64,000 bases of DNA from Magnetococcus sp. DMHC-6 (GTDB taxonomy: Bacteria; Pseudomonadota; Magnetococcia; Magnetococcales; JADFZT01), in the NCBI GenBank assembly GCA_039908535.1, contig JAMOAW010000027.1:10705-74704 (forward strand). Direction: 5' to 3'. Within the stretch, counting starts at the first letter, position 1, and each line of letters starts with the position of its first letter. The position numbers and the translations under genes are program-made. The notes under the pieces were generated by a model, which was not told the DNA's origin, did not search any database, and saw only the letters and a list, made by a program, of their open reading frames with translations. This document shows positions 60,032 through 64,000 of the stretch, in pieces.

Positions 60032-63000
60032 ATGAACCAATTTCACACGTCTTTACACAGTGTTGCTGACAAAACTTCAGGTGATTTTGGGGTTGAGTTC
60101 AGCCCTGTTTTGATTTCTGGACACGCCTTGCACGCGGTTCGATCGATTGAAGGGGAAATTTCTGCCAAACCAGGTGTGTATGAAATTGAATTACCTACGG
60201 AACGGAGCGAATTCATTAAATTTGTCACCGAGTGGGAGAGCAAGCACCGTTTGGCCGCGCTTAAAGGGGCGGCCTTTTCTGTATTGGTATTACCTTTAGC
60301 GGCAACTTTGGCTGGTTGCGGCGGCGGTGGCGGCGGTGGTGGTGGTACTTCTACTGAGTTGGGTTGGGTGGTGGACGGACCGATTAAAGATGCCACGGTC
60401 TGGCGTGATAGCGATGGGGACGGCGTGCAGGATTCTGGCGAAAAATGGACCACGAGCAATGCCGATGGCAGTTTTGATACCGCTGCTGTTACTGGTGCAG
60501 GGGTGCTGCGCTCTAAGGGTGGGACAGATGTCGTTACGGGTCAAAGTTTTGCCGACATTGTTTTATCCGCGCCCGATGGATCTACCACAATTAGCCCTGT
60601 TACCACTTTAATTCAGGAGTATGCCCTGGCCAATGGGGTGGATGCAACAACGGCGCAGGCTTCGGTAAAAACACTTCTTGGCATTTCAACCACCACTGAT
60701 CTTTTGTCCTATAATCCTACCGATAATACCGCTTTAGGCAATCAAGTGATTGCTGAAGCGCAAAAGATCATCGCGGCGACTCGGACGTTAAACAGTTTTG
60801 GTGTCAATATTCAGACGGCCTTTTCGAGTGTGATCACTCAACTATCTACGGCAACCGATGCGACGCAGGCCGATTTTTCGAATGCTCTCACTATTCAAAC
60901 CATGCTGGCAAACAATGGGATTACCACCCCTGATGCCGTGACTCTTGCGCAAACAATCGCGACATCCATCCAAAAAATTGCCACGGCAGTGGTGCAAAAT
61001 GGTTATAATTCTACGGCGGCAAAGGATACTGTTACGGAAGCCGTATCTGTGTCTAATACCGCTGCGGGTGTGTTGGTGACGGCCGCTGATTTGGCTGCTG
61101 GAACCTACAGTCAAGTCACAGGCAGTGTGAATGTCACGGTGACAGCTCCAGCTACGGTTGCGCAATTGGCCGCCATTGATGCCAAGACTACCGGGTCGCT
61201 CTCTTACGCTTCCATCGTTGATACGGCGGCCCATTTGGTTGGCAACAGTTATGTCACTGGAAATGTCAATGTGACGGTGACGGATACCACTACGGTTTCT
61301 GTGATCTCCACGATTGATGCACAGACGGCGGGTAAGTTGACCTATAATCTCTCCGATACCGCTGCAAATTTGGCGGGGGCTTCGGCGGCGATTGGCAATG
61401 GGGCAGGGAGCATGACGGCCACAACGACGGCCAACGCTGCCCAAGCTAAGGTGATAGAAGCTTTTACCAATAGCGGCTTAACCACCTATGATGTTTCCGA
61501 TACGGCCACGGCATTGGCTGCCAGTACTGGTTTAAATAGTGCGGTGAAAATTACCGCAACCACCTTGGCCACAGGAGCCGAGGCGACTGTTTTGGCCAAT
61601 TTTGCCAAAGCGGTGGTGTATAGTATTTCGGATACTGCCACCAATGTCGCGAACAGCAGCGGTTTGAATAAAGCGGTTCATATTACGGCGACCACAGCGG
61701 CGTCTGTGCAACAAGCGACGGCAATCGTGAATGCCGCCAATAGCGGGACCAAAACGTATGATTTAAGCGACACAGCGGAGAATTTGGCTGGTGCGGTTTT
61801 GGCGGTAGGAAATGGAGCCGGGACCATTTCGGCGACGACGACAGCGACGGTTTTGCAAGCGACGGCGATTGAAGCGTTTACCAACAGTGGTTTAACCATC
61901 TATAATATTATTGATACAGCTGAGAGTTTGGCGACCTCTTCGAATGCGGTTTTGACTTTGGCGGGGACGGTTACCGCAAGTACGGTCGCCACGGCTGCGC
62001 AAGCCAGTATTTTGGCTGGATTTACCAAGGAAGTGGTGTACAATATTTCTGATACGGCCACGGCATTGGCTGCCAGTACGGGTTTAGACGAAGCGGTGAA
62101 CATTACTGCAACCACAGCGGCTACGGTCGCGGAAGCCAACGTTATTGTTTTGGCTAACAATACGGGAACCAATATTTACAATTTGAGCGATACCGCATCG
62201 AATTTGGCGGCCGCCAGTTCAGCGGTTGGCAATGGGGCTGGGACCATTACCGCGACGACTTCGGTGACGGTTGCCCAAGCGGCGGCGATTGAGGCGTTTA
62301 GTAACAGCGGAGTCAATGCCTACGCCATTGCTGACACAGCGAGCCATTTGGCGGCTGCGACCAATGCGGTTTTGTCTTTGGGGTCCACGGTCACGGCGAC
62401 TGATTTGGCCACTGGAGCTGAGGCCACTATTTTGGCGAGTTTTGCCAAGCCTGTCGTCTATAGTGTTTCAGATACGGTCACCAATTTACTGGCCAGCAGC
62501 GGTTTGAATGAGGCGGTCAATGTGACGGCGACTACGCCGGTAACGTTGCAACAAGCGGCAGCACTTGAGGCGTTTAGTAACAGCGGAATCAATACGTATG
62601 CTATTGCTGATACAGTGAGTCATTTGATAGCTTCGACCGATGCGATTTTGTCTTTGGGGAGCACGGTTACGGCGACCGATTTGGCCACTGGAGCCGAGGC
62701 CACCCTTTTGGCGAGTTTTGTCAAGCCGGTGGTGTATAGTGTTTCGGACAGTGCCGCCAATTTAGCGGCCAGCAGTGGTTTGAACGAGGCGGTCCATATT
62801 ACGGCGACCACTGCGGCGACCGTGCAACAAGCGACGACGATTGTCAATGCCACCAATAGCGGGAGCAATACCTATCATTTAAGCGATACAGCGGAAAATT
62901 TAGCTGGGGCATCTTTAGCGGTAGGGAATGGTGCGGGGAGTATTACGGCCACAACGACGGCCAATGTTGCCCAGGCCACAGCCATAGATGCTTTTACCAA

Positions 63001-64000
63001 CAGCGGAACCAATACCTATTATATTATTGATACAGCAGACAAATTGGTACTCACAACTAATGCAATTTTAGACCAGGCGGTTACCGTCACGGTCAGTGGA
63101 CCGCCGGCAACGGCGGCTCAAGCCTCTATTTTGGCTGCTTTTACCAAACCGGTGGTTTTTACTGTTTCCGATACTATTGCCAACATGGAGACAAGTACTG
63201 GTTTGGGTGAAGCGGTTTCGGTCACCGTTGTGGACAGTGCGAATCATATCACGGCGGCTGATTTTATGGCCGGCAATTTGGCCTTGGTGACTCTGTTGAC
63301 GGTAAGTGATAACGCGGATGTCACCCTATCCGTAGACGAATTAAATCGACTCACGGTGACCACCACAGGCACCATTCATTTAGCGGATACGGCAGCCAAA
63401 ATCAATGCGGTGGATTTGACCACATTAAAATTTGCCCAGGTGACCACCTTGGAGGCCACAGATGGGGGAACTATTGTTTTAACTGTCGACGAGATGAATC
63501 GTTTTGCCGTCCTGGACACGGTATCTGATACAGCGGCAAACATTAATGCGACCGATTTTACCACGGGCCACATGGCCAACGTGACCTCTTTGACGGTGAG
63601 TGATGGTGGTGACATTATTTTGAGCATTGCCGAATTGAGCCGTTTGACCATCACCACCACTGGTGTGGTTATTGTGTCGGATACGGCAGAAAATATTAAT
63701 GCGGCTGATTTTACCTCTGGAAATTTGGCTCAGGCCGTTGTGTTGGATGTGAGTGATGGAGGTGCTATTCATATAAGTATCTCTGAATTGACGCATTTCG
63801 CCTATGATCTAATAAATGGTTATAGTACGTTGGATGTCGTAGATACTCCGACCAACTTGTTGGCAGAAAAGACAAATATTGAAAATTTGTATGTAGATGG
63901 ACGTGTGAGTTCATTGACTGCAACTGTTTTTGCAACAGCAACAGAAGCGGATACTTTGGCCGATTTTAGTGTTCCTGTGCAATATAGTATTTCGGATACT
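60032..64000 (+). CDS. Giant repetitive surface lipoprotein / adhesin-like protein (5' partial, continues past the window end)
   Basis: I translated the frame from the ATG at 60032 and found no stop through 64000. The ORF track omits it, probably because it has no stop. Internal lipoprotein signal MAALKGAAFSVLVLPLAATLAGC if started at the TTG at 60251. Ca-binding-like DSDGDGVQD. More than 20 modules carrying the [YF]x[IVL]SDTAxNL motif. Confidence 0.8.
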   Translation, partial: MNQFHTSLHSVADKTSGDFGVEFSPVLISGHALHAVRSIEGEISAKPGVYEIELPTERSEFIKFVTEWESKHRLAALKGAAFSVLVLPLAATLAGCGGGGGGGGGTSTELGWVVDGPIKDATVWRDSDGDGVQDSGEKWTTSNADGSFDTAAVTGAGVLRSKGGTDVVTGQSFADIVLSAPDGSTTISPVTTLIQEYALANGVDATTAQASVKTLLGISTTTDLLSYNPTDNTALGNQVIAEAQKIIAATRTLNSFGVNIQTAFSSVITQLSTATDATQADFSNALTIQTMLANNGITTPDAVTLAQTIATSIQKIATAVVQNGYNSTAAKDTVTEAVSVSNTAAGVLVTAADLAAGTYSQVTGSVNVTVTAPATVAQLAAIDAKTTGSLSYASIVDTAAHLVGNSYVTGNVNVTVTDTTTVSVISTIDAQTAGKLTYNLSDTAANLAGASAAIGNGAGSMTATTTANAAQAKVIEAFTNSGLTTYDVSDTATALAASTGLNSAVKITATTLATGAEATVLANFAKAVVYSISDTATNVANSSGLNKAVHITATTAASVQQATAIVNAANSGTKTYDLSDTAENLAGAVLAVGNGAGTISATTTATVLQATAIEAFTNSGLTIYNIIDTAESLATSSNAVLTLAGTVTASTVATAAQASILAGFTKEVVYNISDTATALAASTGLDEAVNITATTAATVAEANVIVLANNTGTNIYNLSDTASNLAAASSAVGNGAGTITATTSVTVAQAAAIEAFSNSGVNAYAIADTASHLAAATNAVLSLGSTVTATDLATGAEATILASFAKPVVYSVSDTVTNLLASSGLNEAVNVTATTPVTLQQAAALEAFSNSGINTYAIADTVSHLIASTDAILSLGSTVTATDLATGAEATLLASFVKPVVYSVSDSAANLAASSGLNEAVHITATTAATVQQATTIVNATNSGSNTYHLSDTAENLAGASLAVGNGAGSITATTTANVAQATAIDAFTNSGTNTYYIIDTADKLVLTTNAILDQAVTVTVSGPPATAAQASILAAFTKPVVFTVSDTIANMETSTGLGEAVSVTVVDSANHITAADFMAGNLALVTLLTVSDNADVTLSVDELNRLTVTTTGTIHLADTAAKINAVDLTTLKFAQVTTLEATDGGTIVLTVDEMNRFAVLDTVSDTAANINATDFTTGHMANVTSLTVSDGGDIILSIAELSRLTITTTGVVIVSDTAENINAADFTSGNLAQAVVLDVSDGGAIHISISELTHFAYDLINGYSTLDVVDTPTNLLAEKTNIENLYVDGRVSSLTATVFATATEADTLADFSVPVQYSISDT
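61200..63240 (+). repeat. Type-I protein modules (44-48 aa; xYx[IL]SDTAxNLA...ITATT...QA..I.AF.NSG), including a 276-nt tandem duplication (62291-62566 and 62567-62842)
   Basis: Read from the translation. Boundaries are approximate. Confidence 0.8.
63240..63800 (+). repeat. Type-II protein modules (47-51 aa; INAxDFTxGxxAxVTxLTVSDGGxIxLSIxELxRL...SDTAxN)
   Basis: Read from the translation, about four copies. Boundaries are approximate. Confidence 0.75.

Noticed and set aside
60043-63796. Seven minus-strand ORFs from the track (for example 60043-60459, 60842-61444, 61678-62172, 62620-62868, 63376-63796).
   Set aside because: They lie antisense to a single uninterrupted + strand frame with clear modular protein repeats. 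They are Ala/Val/Thr-codon shadow ORFs, and their own translations are low-complexity Arg/Gly/Cys-rich or mirror-image repeats.

Overview
Gene-dense 64-kb bacterial chromosomal window. I saw no rRNA, tRNA or CRISPR. The organism cannot be named from sequence alone, but the gene content fits a flagellated proteobacterium-like lineage that uses sigma-54 and FliW/CsrA control.

Content in order:
1. 0.07-7.0 kb: six-gene sugar-modification island (CgeB-like glycosyltransferase, SAM methyltransferase, DegT-type aminotransferase, TPP-dependent E1 alpha/beta pair, NAD epimerase/dehydratase).
2. 7.7-22.6 kb: late flagellar genes. These are two tandem 281-aa flagellins, then (after an oppositely oriented suhB) flgK-flgL-fliW-giant 833-aa flagellin, a second fliW-flagellin pair, and fliD-fliS-fliS plus a small helical protein.
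3. 22.6-27.1 kb: hslR, a 904-aa MCP, a small membrane protein and a heptad-repeat protein.
4. 27.2-30.7 kb: tsaE-amgK-murU-purB.
5. 30.9-39.8 kb: a two-component cluster (orphan receiver plus three large hybrid kinases).
6. 40.0-46.1 kb, minus strand: csrA, flgN, flgM, then flgJ-flgI-flgH-flgA-flgG-flgF.
7. 46.2-59.4 kb: mazG, a membrane protein, a decayed DDE transposase, a Sel1-repeat protein, tex, topB, a second heptad-repeat protein and a 1412-aa SNF2 helicase.
8. 60.0 to beyond 64 kb: 5' part of a giant, highly repetitive predicted lipoprotein. It is missing from the ORF track because it has no stop codon in the window.

The most striking unannotated structure is a modular family of G5/C5-hairpin repeats at ten loci between 0.9 and 48.6 kb.
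- All ten ~95-bp cores lie in the same orientation.
- One locus holds a nested 224-bp TIR element with a perfect 8-bp target-site duplication.
- One locus splits a transposase pseudogene.
- One locus recodes the 3' end of hslR.

Other points worth a second look:
- Apparent frameshifts in purB and in a tandem-repeat gene.
- A kinase fused in frame to a signal-peptide-bearing PstS-like binding domain.
- GGA (CsrA-type) motif pairs in all four flagellin leaders.
- Two well-spaced sigma-54 promoters.

All functional calls rest on my reading of the translated ORFs and recalled family motifs. No database search was run.
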